Below are positions 18,587-27,606 of a stretch of DNA of 64,000 bases, piece by piece (position 1 is the first letter of the stretch; each line of letters opens with the position of its first letter). A model generated the notes under the pieces. The model did no database searches, was not told where the DNA came from, and saw only the letters and a program-made list of their open reading frames with translations. The translations under genes were made by a program, and so were the position numbers. The stretch comes from Candidatus Latescibacterota bacterium (GTDB lineage: Bacteria > Latescibacterota > UBA2968 > UBA8231): NCBI GenBank assembly GCA_965203175.1, contig OZ241867.1:704001-768000 (forward strand), written 5' to 3'.

Positions 18587-19677
18587 CAGAAATGGTCGGG
18601 TTCCCAGAAGATGACCTCGCGGCGGGGAAACCACTCCTCAAGTTGGCGAGCTTCCCCAGCCTCCAGCGAGATCCCTCGGGCGCGGAGGATGGGTTCCAAG
18701 TCGCGGCCAGAGGACTCGCCAAACAGGAGCCGGCATATCAGATCGTCCGGCAGCCCGCGGACCGATTCCGCCGCTTCGGGCACGGCCTTGGCAACCAGCG
18801 CGCCGAGGTCGAAGGGCAGGGCCATCATCGAACTGTCGCCCGTGAGCCCCAGATCGGCGTCAGCGGTAGCGACTAGGGCATCGACAAAAGGGTGGGTGTA
18901 GGGGATCTCGCCGTGGATCTGCGTAACTCCAGCCGCCGCGCACTCATCGAGCAGGTACTGCACGAGGGCATCGAGGGCCGGGCCGCTCTCGTAAGCAACT
19001 TCATACACCTCGGCACCGTCGTCGTCGCCCTCCCAGTTGATATACCCGCTGAGCCCCGCCGGGCCACGAACGACGGCGGTGGGCAGCACGCCCCGCACGC
19101 GGGAGGGGGCGTAGTCCCAGTACGGACGCGGACGCAACAGACTACCGCTGCGGCCAGCATTGTATCGCTGGTAGAGCGCTACCGTCTCCTCCAAGTCGCG
19201 GCTCTCGTCAAACGGCAGCACCTCAAGTGCAGATCGCCCCGGCTGCGGAGGACGACTCAGCCTAGCGTGAAATCCCATGAGTGGCACGCAACTCCATCCG
19301 AGACGCCGGTAAAAGCCCGCCGCGATCATTGTGAACAGCAGACCTAAGTCGTAGCCATCGTCGCGCATGTACTCAGCCGCATGCTCCATGAGCCGCGTCG
19401 CTATGCCGCGTTGCCGGTAGTCGGGATGCGTGGTGACGCCGCCGATGCCGCCCATGCGGACGGGCGTGGCGCCGAGGTGGACCCAGCGGTCCCAGATGCG
19501 CAGCGTCGATACGATGCGGCCTTCGACGACGATGACCGGCGTCTGCGACGGGCACCAAGTCGGGTCGCCTTCCATGTACCCTCGGTAGCGCTCGTAGCCC
19601 TCAGGGTTGTGCACGGCGCAGAGCAGGTCGATGAGTTCGTCGAGTTCCGACTCGCGGATGGGGCGAATGGTTTCCAT
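18586..19677 (-). CDS. Eis-like GNAT acetyltransferase
   Basis: GGIGGVTTHPDYRQRGIA and FYRRLGW motifs; two-domain length. Confidence 0.85.
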   Translation of the reverse strand: METIRPIRESELDELIDLLCAVHNPEGYERYRGYMEGDPTWCPSQTPVIVVEGRIVSTLRIWDRWVHLGATPVRMGGIGGVTTHPDYRQRGIATRLMEHAAEYMRDDGYDLGLLFTMIAAGFYRRLGWSCVPLMGFHARLSRPPQPGRSALEVLPFDESRDLEETVALYQRYNAGRSGSLLRPRPYWDYAPSRVRGVLPTAVVRGPAGLSGYINWEGDDDGAEVYEVAYESGPALDALVQYLLDECAAAGVTQIHGEIPYTHPFVDALVATADADLGLTGDSSMMALPFDLGALVAKAVPEAAESVRGLPDDLICRLLFGESSGRDLEPILRARGISLEAGEARQLEEWFPRREVIFWEPDHF

Positions 19678-19699
19678 AGTATCCCGATAAACTAATCAA

Positions 19700-20473
19700 T
19701 CAGTTCAGACGCCGCAGCCGAATCATCCGCAGCACCCAATAGGCACCCAAGGCAGCGAACAAATGCTTGCATGTATGACCGCTGATGATTCCCCCAACCG
19801 TGTAGAAGGCCTGGTCAAACACCTCTGCGGCTTTCGCAAGCAAATAAAACAGGCCGGCGATGTAGAGGTCAGACCCACGCGTGTACGGCGACGGCAGCAG
19901 ACGCACCATGAGAGGCACGAACAAAATCGGATAGCCTTGGGCGACGATATAATAACGGAGGTCTCCGGCCCCAGCCTGCTCGGTATAATACCAGTACAAC
20001 ACGCTAAAAACGCCGAACGCAATCAGCGGCAGCAAGGTGATGATGCCAGCGCGCCGGTCCAGGCGCTCGGTGATCGCAGTAGCGAGAAACGCCATAAAGG
20101 CAATGCTCATCGGCAGGCGATCCCACAAGAGCGTTCCGTTGCTAGGGGCCAAGTGATAATAGGCAGAGCCAAGGCCAACCAGCGCGACCGCAAGGAAGAG
20201 GATCTGATACGCCAGCGAATCGGCCGGGCGCACAAACGCCTGCTGCGCGGGATCTGTGGCGAGGCGGAAAACAACACTGAATCCCCACAGCCCTACCAAC
20301 AGAAAGGGCAGATTGGAGATCACGTTCAGGAAATGGGGGATGCCCAACAGGGTGCGCTGATCGGCAAACTGGTGATAGGCGGGGTCTTGCGGAATGGGTG
20401 CCTGCAGGAAAATAATCGCCCAGAAGGTAATCGTCAGATAGGCGAGAATCCGGAGGCGGTAATTGCGTTTCAT
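19700..20473 (-). CDS. alkaline phytoceramidase-like (CREST) membrane hydrolase
   Basis: QDPAYHQFAD, SNLPF, SAYYH, WDRLPM and GHTCKH motifs. ATG at 20473 has a GAGGTG RBS. Confidence 0.8.
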   Translation of the reverse strand: MKRNYRLRILAYLTITFWAIIFLQAPIPQDPAYHQFADQRTLLGIPHFLNVISNLPFLLVGLWGFSVVFRLATDPAQQAFVRPADSLAYQILFLAVALVGLGSAYYHLAPSNGTLLWDRLPMSIAFMAFLATAITERLDRRAGIITLLPLIAFGVFSVLYWYYTEQAGAGDLRYYIVAQGYPILFVPLMVRLLPSPYTRGSDLYIAGLFYLLAKAAEVFDQAFYTVGGIISGHTCKHLFAALGAYWVLRMIRLRRLN

Positions 20474-20480
20474 AATCACC

Positions 20481-21029
20481 TCAACATCGGGCTGATTCGT
20501 TTCTACTGCTTTTCCATTCACGCCTCAATATAGCCATGATATAGAAACTCCAATATCCATCGTCGGCCTTTCGGCATTCTCTGAGGTGTCCTTCCTTCAC
20601 AAACCCGACCTTCTCGTAGCAGCGTATGGCACTTGTGTTGAAGTCGAACACGGCTAGCTCAATGCGATGAAGACCAAGCTGACAAAAGCCGATCTCAACG
20701 ATCTTCTCCATCATAACCGTTCCGATGCCCTTCCCTCTGTAAGCAGGGTCGCCGACGAGTACTCGACACACGCGGGCGCTTCCGTTGCGACGGTCAATCG
20801 CCGCTAGCTCAATGTGCCCAATTACCGTCCTATTCTCACTATCCACGGCCTTGTAGATCAGCTTGCTCGGCAAATCGCCCTGAGCGCCCGTCAGATATTC
20901 GCTTAGCCGTTCGCGATTAAGCGGATACTCAAAGTCCGGCCCCGCCCATTGTAAAAGAAAGCCACTGGACGGGATCCAACCAATCAACCTGTCGAAGTCC
21001 GCTTCAGTGAATGGCTCTAGGACTACCAT
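20481..21029 (-). CDS. RimJ/RimL-type GNAT acetyltransferase
   Basis: YRGKGIG and N..AIRCYEKVGF motifs. Confidence 0.9.
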   Translation of the reverse strand: MVVLEPFTEADFDRLIGWIPSSGFLLQWAGPDFEYPLNRERLSEYLTGAQGDLPSKLIYKAVDSENRTVIGHIELAAIDRRNGSARVCRVLVGDPAYRGKGIGTVMMEKIVEIGFCQLGLHRIELAVFDFNTSAIRCYEKVGFVKEGHLRECRKADDGYWSFYIMAILRREWKSSRNESARC

Positions 21030-21054
21030 TTTCTTTTTGTGTCTTGAGACGCGT

Positions 21055-21396
21055 TCATGCTTCCAGATGAGAAAGTTCTGTCAATGCCATTGGTACCGTT
21101 GAGGTCATAAAGGACTCGTCCGTCTCCGTGAAGAGCGGATCCAACTCCTGTCGTCGATACTCTTGAGCCGCAATCGAATCGGCATCCTTAGCGACCAAGC
21201 TCTGCACTTCCTGGTAATGGTCAAAGCTCTGATAAACCCACACAGCGACGATCTGGAGCCCATCGTCTGTTTGGAAACGACCGACGAGACGGGCCCCGTA
21301 CCTCTTCTGAACGGGAAACAGTCTCGTTAAGAAGAAGTCGTTGAACGCTTCCGTCTTGCCGGGGACGACCTGATATCTCCGAATCCTAAACATCAT
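21055..21396 (-). CDS. NIPSNAP-family protein
   Basis: RRYQVVPGK...YGARLVG pattern; 113 aa. Confidence 0.75.
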   Translation of the reverse strand: MMFRIRRYQVVPGKTEAFNDFFLTRLFPVQKRYGARLVGRFQTDDGLQIVAVWVYQSFDHYQEVQSLVAKDADSIAAQEYRRQELDPLFTETDESFMTSTVPMALTELSHLEA

Positions 21397-21446
21397 CTCG
21401 ACAAAATCCTCTCCTCTTCATTGCTGTTCCGATACCGAGTGGCGAT

Positions 21447-22022
21447 TCATGCGATTCCATTTTGCGCAGCCATTCGCTCAAATACGCTAGGGGGTTGGCG
21501 GGATTCCCAAGCAGCGACTAGCGTGTTTACATTGGTCTGACACGGCTGCATCGAGTCAATTTCCAGATCGTATGCAGCGAAACTGTGCACCACTTGATAG
21601 TCCGTTCGAGCCTCCCCAACTGTCCGATTCCCTCTTTCGCGCTCCCTGCGCTCAAGCTCGGGAAGCGGACAGTGCACGCCAACAAAGAATACGTCCAAAC
21701 CGGCAAGTAATTTCACCAGATCCCACATCCATATCTCATTTTCAATAATGTGATCGACGATGAGATTGTTGCCCGCCTCAGCTAAAACGGGCAAACACCG
21801 ATGAAACCCATCGAAGACGGCAGGCCTCATAGCGGACCAATCAATTTCACCGCTGCGAACGCGTTCCATCGGCAGGGCGTTAGAATCGCGCAAGTGATCA
21901 AACGAAAAATGCCAGAATGGGATCGGTAGCGTCTGCTGTAGCTGGCGTGCAAGCGTCGACTTCCCCGAACTCGACGCACCGTTGATGAGGATAATCTTCC
22001 CTAGTTCGCGATTGGTGTCCAT
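21447..22022 (-). CDS. chloramphenicol phosphotransferase-like kinase
   Basis: NGASSSGKST, GNNLIVD, CPLPELERRERERG and YDLEID motifs. Confidence 0.85.
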   Translation of the reverse strand: MDTNRELGKIILINGASSSGKSTLARQLQQTLPIPFWHFSFDHLRDSNALPMERVRSGEIDWSAMRPAVFDGFHRCLPVLAEAGNNLIVDHIIENEIWMWDLVKLLAGLDVFFVGVHCPLPELERRERERGNRTVGEARTDYQVVHSFAAYDLEIDSMQPCQTNVNTLVAAWESRQPPSVFERMAAQNGIA

Positions 22023-22136
22023 TGGACTATCTTGTCCCAACTTCTCTGCTAAACTACCTTAAATCGCCGTAAACGCCAGACCGTGCGGCGCTTTCTCGCC
22101 AGCGAGCCCTCGACAAAGACAAGGTATACTCAGAGG

Positions 22137-23792
22137 ATGCGCATTCAGCTCGATATTTCAATACCCATGCGCGACGGGGTGCGGCTCTACGGAGCCCTGT
22201 ACCGGCCGGACGCAGGGGAGCGCTTCCCCGTGCTGCTGATCCGCTCGCCCTACAGCACTCAGCATCCCCGCTACGTGGAGTGGGCCCGGCGCTTTGTGGC
22301 GGAAGGGTACGCCGTGCTCATGCAGGACAGCCGGGGCCGGTACGAGTCGGAGGACGAATGGCGTCCCTATGTCGACGAGCGAGACGACGGGTACGATACG
22401 CAGCAGTGGATCGGCCAGCAGCCCTGGTGCGACGGCACCATCGGCACCTTTGGAGTGTCCTATCCGGGTTTCACCCAGATCCTGCCGGCACCGCTGCGCA
22501 GCCCTTATGTCAAAGCCCTCGTGCCCATCGCCAACCAAGAGGACAACTACGGCCACATGCGCTACAACGGCGTTTTGCAACTGCAGAACGCCATGAATTT
22601 CATCTGGCTGGGCCAGCGCACCAACCAGAACGCCCCCAGAGATCTAATCGACTGGGATCAGGTCTACCGCCGCCTGCCGCTGTTGACAGCGCTCGACGAC
22701 ATAGGCGAACGGCCCTTCTACCGGGAGATCATTCGCCACCCCTGCTTCGACGAGTTCTGGGCTTCGTACAGCATGAAGGGCCGGTATAGCGAGGTGGAAA
22801 CGCCCGCCTATTTCATCACGGGCTGGTACGACAATTTGCTGCACGAAGGTTTCAAGTGCTTCAAGGGCTGGCGGCAACAAGCCAGGGGGCGGGAAGCCCG
22901 CGAGCAATCGCGCCTCATGGTGGGGCCGTGGACCCATACGCAGATCGGCAGCGACGATCCCTTCGGCGATGTGGACTTTGGACCTGCGGCCCGGGTGGAT
23001 ATGCCGCAGGCGCATTTGCGCTGGTACGATCAGCGCCTCAAGGGCCTAGACAGCGGCATCGACCGGGAGGCGCCGGTGCAGTTGTTCGTCATGGGGGAAA
23101 ATGTTTGGCGGGGCGAAGAGGCGTGGCCCCTAGAGCGGACCCAGTACACCCGCTTCTTTTTGCACAGCGGCGGGCGGGCCAACTCAATGCACGGCGATGG
23201 ACGGCTGAGCCCTCAGGAGCCTGGAGACGAGCCGTGCGACGGCTATACCTACGATCCAGACGATCCAGTGCCCACCCTCGGAGGACAGAGCATGTTCATC
23301 GACAACACCGGACCCAAGGACCGCCGGCCGGTGGAGCAGCGCGACGACGTGCTGATCTACACCACCGAGCCGCTGGCTGCGGACGTGGAAGTTACCGGGC
23401 CGGTGGAACTAGTGCTGCACGCAGCCTCCAGCGCGGTGGAGACCGATTTTACCGCTACCCTAGTCGACGTACACCCCGGGGGCAAGGCCATCCACTTGTG
23501 CGAGGGAATTGTGCGGACCTGCTTCCGCGACTCCTACCAAGACCCCAGCCCCATCGAACCAGATCAGGTGTACGTCTATCGGATCGAGCTGTGGGAGACC
23601 AGCAACCTCTTCCGGGCCGGGCACTGCATCCGGCTGGAGGTCTCCAGCAGCAATTTCCCGCGCTTTGACCGCAGCCTCAACACCGGCCATCCGCACGGTT
23701 TGGACGACGAGATGCAAGTGGCCCAGCAGCGGATCTACCACGACCGAGCCCATCCCTCCCACCTGATCCTGCCGGTGATACCGCGCCCATGA
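22137..23792 (+). CDS. CocE/NonD-family hydrolase
   Basis: MRDGVRL, GVSYPG, GWYD, GPWTH and SSNFPRFDR motifs. Confidence 0.92.
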   Translation: MRIQLDISIPMRDGVRLYGALYRPDAGERFPVLLIRSPYSTQHPRYVEWARRFVAEGYAVLMQDSRGRYESEDEWRPYVDERDDGYDTQQWIGQQPWCDGTIGTFGVSYPGFTQILPAPLRSPYVKALVPIANQEDNYGHMRYNGVLQLQNAMNFIWLGQRTNQNAPRDLIDWDQVYRRLPLLTALDDIGERPFYREIIRHPCFDEFWASYSMKGRYSEVETPAYFITGWYDNLLHEGFKCFKGWRQQARGREAREQSRLMVGPWTHTQIGSDDPFGDVDFGPAARVDMPQAHLRWYDQRLKGLDSGIDREAPVQLFVMGENVWRGEEAWPLERTQYTRFFLHSGGRANSMHGDGRLSPQEPGDEPCDGYTYDPDDPVPTLGGQSMFIDNTGPKDRRPVEQRDDVLIYTTEPLAADVEVTGPVELVLHAASSAVETDFTATLVDVHPGGKAIHLCEGIVRTCFRDSYQDPSPIEPDQVYVYRIELWETSNLFRAGHCIRLEVSSSNFPRFDRSLNTGHPHGLDDEMQVAQQRIYHDRAHPSHLILPVIPRP

Positions 23793-25864
23793 TCCGCATT
23801 GGCGCCGATGTGGGAGGCACTTTCACCGACGTGGTGACCCTCGACGATCAGGGCGGCATCTGGACCCACAAAGTGCCGTCGACCCCACCCCATTTCGAGC
23901 GCGCCGTGCTGGCTGCCCTCGACCAGCTCACACCCCACTTCAGCGCTGCGGACCGGACCGTATCCGAAGTGGCACACGGCACCACTGTGGCCACCAACGC
24001 GGTACTCGAACACCGGGGCGCGCGCACGGCCCTAATCACCACCCGGGGTTTTCGCGATGTGCTGGAGCTGCGCCGCGTCCGGGCCCCTCAGCTCTACGAT
24101 TTGTTCTTCGACAAACCCCGACCCCTAGTCGAGCGCCGCCTGCGCCTCGAAGTGGACGAGCGGGTGGCGGCCGACGGCGAGGTCCTGGTCTCCCTCGAAG
24201 AGCGAGAACTCGAGCGGCTCGGCGAGCGGCTCGAAGCCGAAGGGGTAGAAGCAGTAGCCGTATGCCTACTGCACGCGTACGCCTTTCCACAGCACGAACT
24301 CCGCCTGGGACAGTATTTGCGCGAGCGCTTGCCTGAGGTACCAGTGTCGCTGTCGTCAGAAGTGCTGCCCGAGCGCCGCGAGTACGAGCGCAGCGCCACC
24401 ACCGCGGTCAACGCCTATGTCCAGCCCGTGGTGCAGCGCTATCTGGGTGCCCTGCGCCACGGGCTGGAGCAGCGCGGCGTGGACGCGCCGCTGCTGATCA
24501 TGCAGTCAACCGGCGGGCTAGCCCCAGACTGGGAGGCGGCCCGCCGGCCGGTCTTTGCCCTCGAATCGGGTCCCGCAGCCGGGGTCCTCGGTGCCAGTTT
24601 CGCCGCCGGGCAACTGGGATTGGACCAAGTCATCACCCTAGATATGGGCGGCACCACGGCCAAGGCGGCTATGATCGAAGAGGGCCGCATCGCCCACAGT
24701 CCCGAGTACGAGGTGGGTGCCTCGCTGTCCGCGGGCAACCGGCTCATCGGCGGCGGGGGCGAGTTGATCCGGGCACCCAGCATCGATATCGCCGAAGTGG
24801 GGGCAGGAGGTGGTAGCATCGCCTTTTTGGACCAGGCCGGCGGTTTGCGGGTGGGGCCGCGCAGCGCCGGGGCCGTGCCGGGGCCGGCCTGCTATCAGCG
24901 AGGAGGGATCGAGCCGACGCTCACCGACGCCAATGTGGTGCTGGGCTATATCCGCCCCGGGGACCTGGCCGACGGCGAGGTATCGATCGACGTGGAGGCT
25001 GCGCAGCAGGCGGTGCACGACCGCATTGCCGCGCCCCTCGGACTAGATTTGCTGCAGGCGGCCGAAGGCATCCACCGCATTGCCAATGCCCGCACCATGC
25101 GGGCCCTGCGGGCCGTGTCCACCGAGCGGGGGCGGGACCCGCGCGACTTCGCTCTGATGGCTTTTGGCGGGTCCGGGCCCATCCACGCCGCGGGCCTAGC
25201 TCAGGACCTAGCCATTGGCCAGGTCGTGGTGCCGCCGCTGCCGGGTCTGTTCAGCGCCCTCGGGCTTTTGTGTTCCGGGGTGGAGCACCACGATGTGCGC
25301 AGTTGCCTGCTGGGGGGAGAGGATCTTCAAGCCCCGGCTCTGGAGCAGATCCGGGCCCAGATGCAGGAGCAGCAGTTGGCCCAGTTCGCCGCCGAAGGGT
25401 TCGGGGCCGACCAAGTCGGGCTGCGCTGCAGTGCCGACGTGCGCTTTAGAGGGCAGACCTCGGAGATCGGCATCGACCTAGCCGACGGGCCCATAACCCC
25501 GGAGGGAGTCGCCCGCTTGCACGCCGACTTTGTGCGCGAGCACGAGCGCCTGTACGGGCATCGCTCCGACCCGGACAACCCCGTGGAAGTGGTGGCCGTG
25601 CGCCTAGTCGGCCAGGCCGGAGTGCGCGGTCTGGGCCATGGCCTGGAAACAGCGGTCCAGTCTGTTGCGGGCGAGGGCAGTCGGACGGCCTATTTCGCTG
25701 GCGAGACCTTGGCCGTCCCCCTAGTCGACCGCCGGGACCTCGACCAAGGAGCCGAGGGGCCCCTGCTCATCGACGAGCTCGATTCCACCATTGTAGTGCC
25801 GCCGAATATGCGCGCCCGGCTGCACCCTCTGGGCCACCTCCTCATCGAAGTGCGCTCCAGCTAG
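23789..25864 (+). CDS. hydantoinase/oxoprolinase, ATP-binding subunit A
   Basis: DVGGTFTD, HGTTVATN, ESGPAAG and DMGGTT motifs. Confidence 0.92.
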   Translation: MIRIGADVGGTFTDVVTLDDQGGIWTHKVPSTPPHFERAVLAALDQLTPHFSAADRTVSEVAHGTTVATNAVLEHRGARTALITTRGFRDVLELRRVRAPQLYDLFFDKPRPLVERRLRLEVDERVAADGEVLVSLEERELERLGERLEAEGVEAVAVCLLHAYAFPQHELRLGQYLRERLPEVPVSLSSEVLPERREYERSATTAVNAYVQPVVQRYLGALRHGLEQRGVDAPLLIMQSTGGLAPDWEAARRPVFALESGPAAGVLGASFAAGQLGLDQVITLDMGGTTAKAAMIEEGRIAHSPEYEVGASLSAGNRLIGGGGELIRAPSIDIAEVGAGGGSIAFLDQAGGLRVGPRSAGAVPGPACYQRGGIEPTLTDANVVLGYIRPGDLADGEVSIDVEAAQQAVHDRIAAPLGLDLLQAAEGIHRIANARTMRALRAVSTERGRDPRDFALMAFGGSGPIHAAGLAQDLAIGQVVVPPLPGLFSALGLLCSGVEHHDVRSCLLGGEDLQAPALEQIRAQMQEQQLAQFAAEGFGADQVGLRCSADVRFRGQTSEIGIDLADGPITPEGVARLHADFVREHERLYGHRSDPDNPVEVVAVRLVGQAGVRGLGHGLETAVQSVAGEGSRTAYFAGETLAVPLVDRRDLDQGAEGPLLIDELDSTIVVPPNMRARLHPLGHLLIEVRSS

Positions 25865-25878
25865 CGAGGAGTAAAGCG

Positions 25879-27606
25879 ATGGCGGCCATAGATCCGATCA
25901 CGCGCGAAATCGTGCGCAACGCCCTAGCTTCGGCGGCCGACGAAATGGCCATGGCGCTCTACCGCACGGCCTATTCGACTATTGTGCGGGACTGTCTGGA
26001 CTACTCGACTTCCCTGTGCGATGCCGAGGGCCAGATGATCGCCCAAGGCGTCACCATTCCGCTGCATTTGGGCTCGGTGCCCTTTGCCATGGCGACCCTG
26101 CTGGCCAAGTACGGCGACGATATAGAAGAGGGCGATGTCTTCATCCTCAACGATCCTTTTGAAGGAGGCATGCACATCCCAGACATCTTCATTGTCCAGC
26201 CCGTCTTCTCGGAGGGCCGGCGCGTGGCCTTTGCCGTGAGCACGGCCCATCACCTGGACCTGGGAGGCCGTTTGCCGGGAAGTTCGGCCTGCGACAATAC
26301 GGAGATTTTTCAGGAAGGTTTGCGCATCCCCTGGCTCAAGCTCTACCGCCGGGGCGAGGCCGACGAGGCCCTGTTCGCCCTGATCCGCGCCAATGTGCGG
26401 GTGCCGCAGATGACCATCGGCGACTTGCGGGCCCAACTCGCGGCCTGCCACATCGGTGCCCGGGCCATCGGCGAGTTGATCGGCCGCTACGGCCCCGACA
26501 CCTTTGCGCGCTGCACCGCGGATTTGATCGACTATACCGAGCGGCTGGTGCGGTCCGAAATCGCCTCCTGGCCCGACGGCAGCCACACCTTTGTCGACTA
26601 TATGGACAGCGACGGGGTGGGAGGGCCGCCGGTGCGTTTGCAGGTGGAGATCACCGTGGCGGGAGACAAACTGCGGGCCGACTTCACCGGCACGGATCCG
26701 CAGGTGAGCGGGGCTATCAACAACACGCTTTCCTTCACGTCTTCGGTGGTGGCCCTGTGCGTGCGATCCGTGCTGCGCGAGGATATTCCCAACACCGCGG
26801 GCATGTTCCGCCCCCTCGAGATTGTCGCCCCGCCCGGCACTGTGGTCAACGGAGTCATGCCCGCGGCTTCGTCCATGCGCGGCATCACCGGCTTCCGCCT
26901 AGCCGATACGATCTTCGGAGCACTGTCCGGACTGCTCCCCGATCGGGTCCTGGCCGCCGGCGAAGGGGGCAATACCCTGGTGATTATCGGGGGGCAGCGG
27001 TCCGACCGCCAGCCCTACGTGTACTACGAGCTGCTATCGGGGACCTGGGGCGGACGGCCAGACCGCGACGGCAACGACGGCCTGTGCAATCCGGCCAATG
27101 TCGCCAGCAATATCCCCGTGGAGCAAGCCGAATCCGAGTACCCAGTGCGGGTGGAGCGCTATGGGCTGGTGAACGACAGCGGCGGGGCGGGCCGTTTTCG
27201 CGGTGGTCTAGCCATCGAGCGGTCGTGGCGTCTGCTCAATGGCCAAGCGCACCTAGCCATCCGCTCGGACCGGCGCGACCACCTGCCCTACGGCCTGTAC
27301 GGAGGCGGACCCGGCACGGCTTCGATCAATACGCTGTACCGCAACGGCGAGGCCGAGACCCTGCCGACGATGATATCCACCACCATGGCCGCTGGCGAAG
27401 TGATCTACCACCGCCAGGCCGGCGGCGGCGGCTGGGGCGACCCCCTAGAGCGCGACCCCGAAGCCGTGGCCCAGGACGTGGGCAACGACAAGGTTTCGCT
27501 CGCCGCGGCCCGGGACCAGTACGGGGTGGTCCTCGACGAGTCCCTAGCCGTAGATCACGAGGCTACGGCCACCCTGCGGGCGCAACGGGCAGCCGAGAGC
27601 ACATGA
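25879..27606 (+). CDS. hydantoinase B/oxoprolinase subunit
   Basis: NDPFEGGMHIPD, HHLD, EIFQEG and GGGGWGDP motifs. Confidence 0.92.
   Translation: MAAIDPITREIVRNALASAADEMAMALYRTAYSTIVRDCLDYSTSLCDAEGQMIAQGVTIPLHLGSVPFAMATLLAKYGDDIEEGDVFILNDPFEGGMHIPDIFIVQPVFSEGRRVAFAVSTAHHLDLGGRLPGSSACDNTEIFQEGLRIPWLKLYRRGEADEALFALIRANVRVPQMTIGDLRAQLAACHIGARAIGELIGRYGPDTFARCTADLIDYTERLVRSEIASWPDGSHTFVDYMDSDGVGGPPVRLQVEITVAGDKLRADFTGTDPQVSGAINNTLSFTSSVVALCVRSVLREDIPNTAGMFRPLEIVAPPGTVVNGVMPAASSMRGITGFRLADTIFGALSGLLPDRVLAAGEGGNTLVIIGGQRSDRQPYVYYELLSGTWGGRPDRDGNDGLCNPANVASNIPVEQAESEYPVRVERYGLVNDSGGAGRFRGGLAIERSWRLLNGQAHLAIRSDRRDHLPYGLYGGGPGTASINTLYRNGEAETLPTMISTTMAAGEVIYHRQAGGGGWGDPLERDPEAVAQDVGNDKVSLAAARDQYGVVLDESLAVDHEATATLRAQRAAEST

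Noticed and set aside
16095-18901. Long overlapping or antisense ORFs (e.g. 16598-17581; also 38381-39331 and 42224-42931)
   Set aside because: These are Arg/Pro/Ala-rich frames without motifs that overlap well-supported genes, as expected at high GC.
21447-22022. Bona fide antibiotic-resistance calls for the CPT-, APH-, Eis- and MBL-like genes
   Set aside because: Only family-level motifs are visible, so substrate specificity cannot be inferred.
26757-27602. 5' extension giving an 817-aa aminoacylase (similar extensions at 8763, 31908, 51526, 58181, 59335 and 62373)
   Set aside because: The extensions overlap upstream genes; family motifs begin at downstream starts with an RBS or ATGA coupling.
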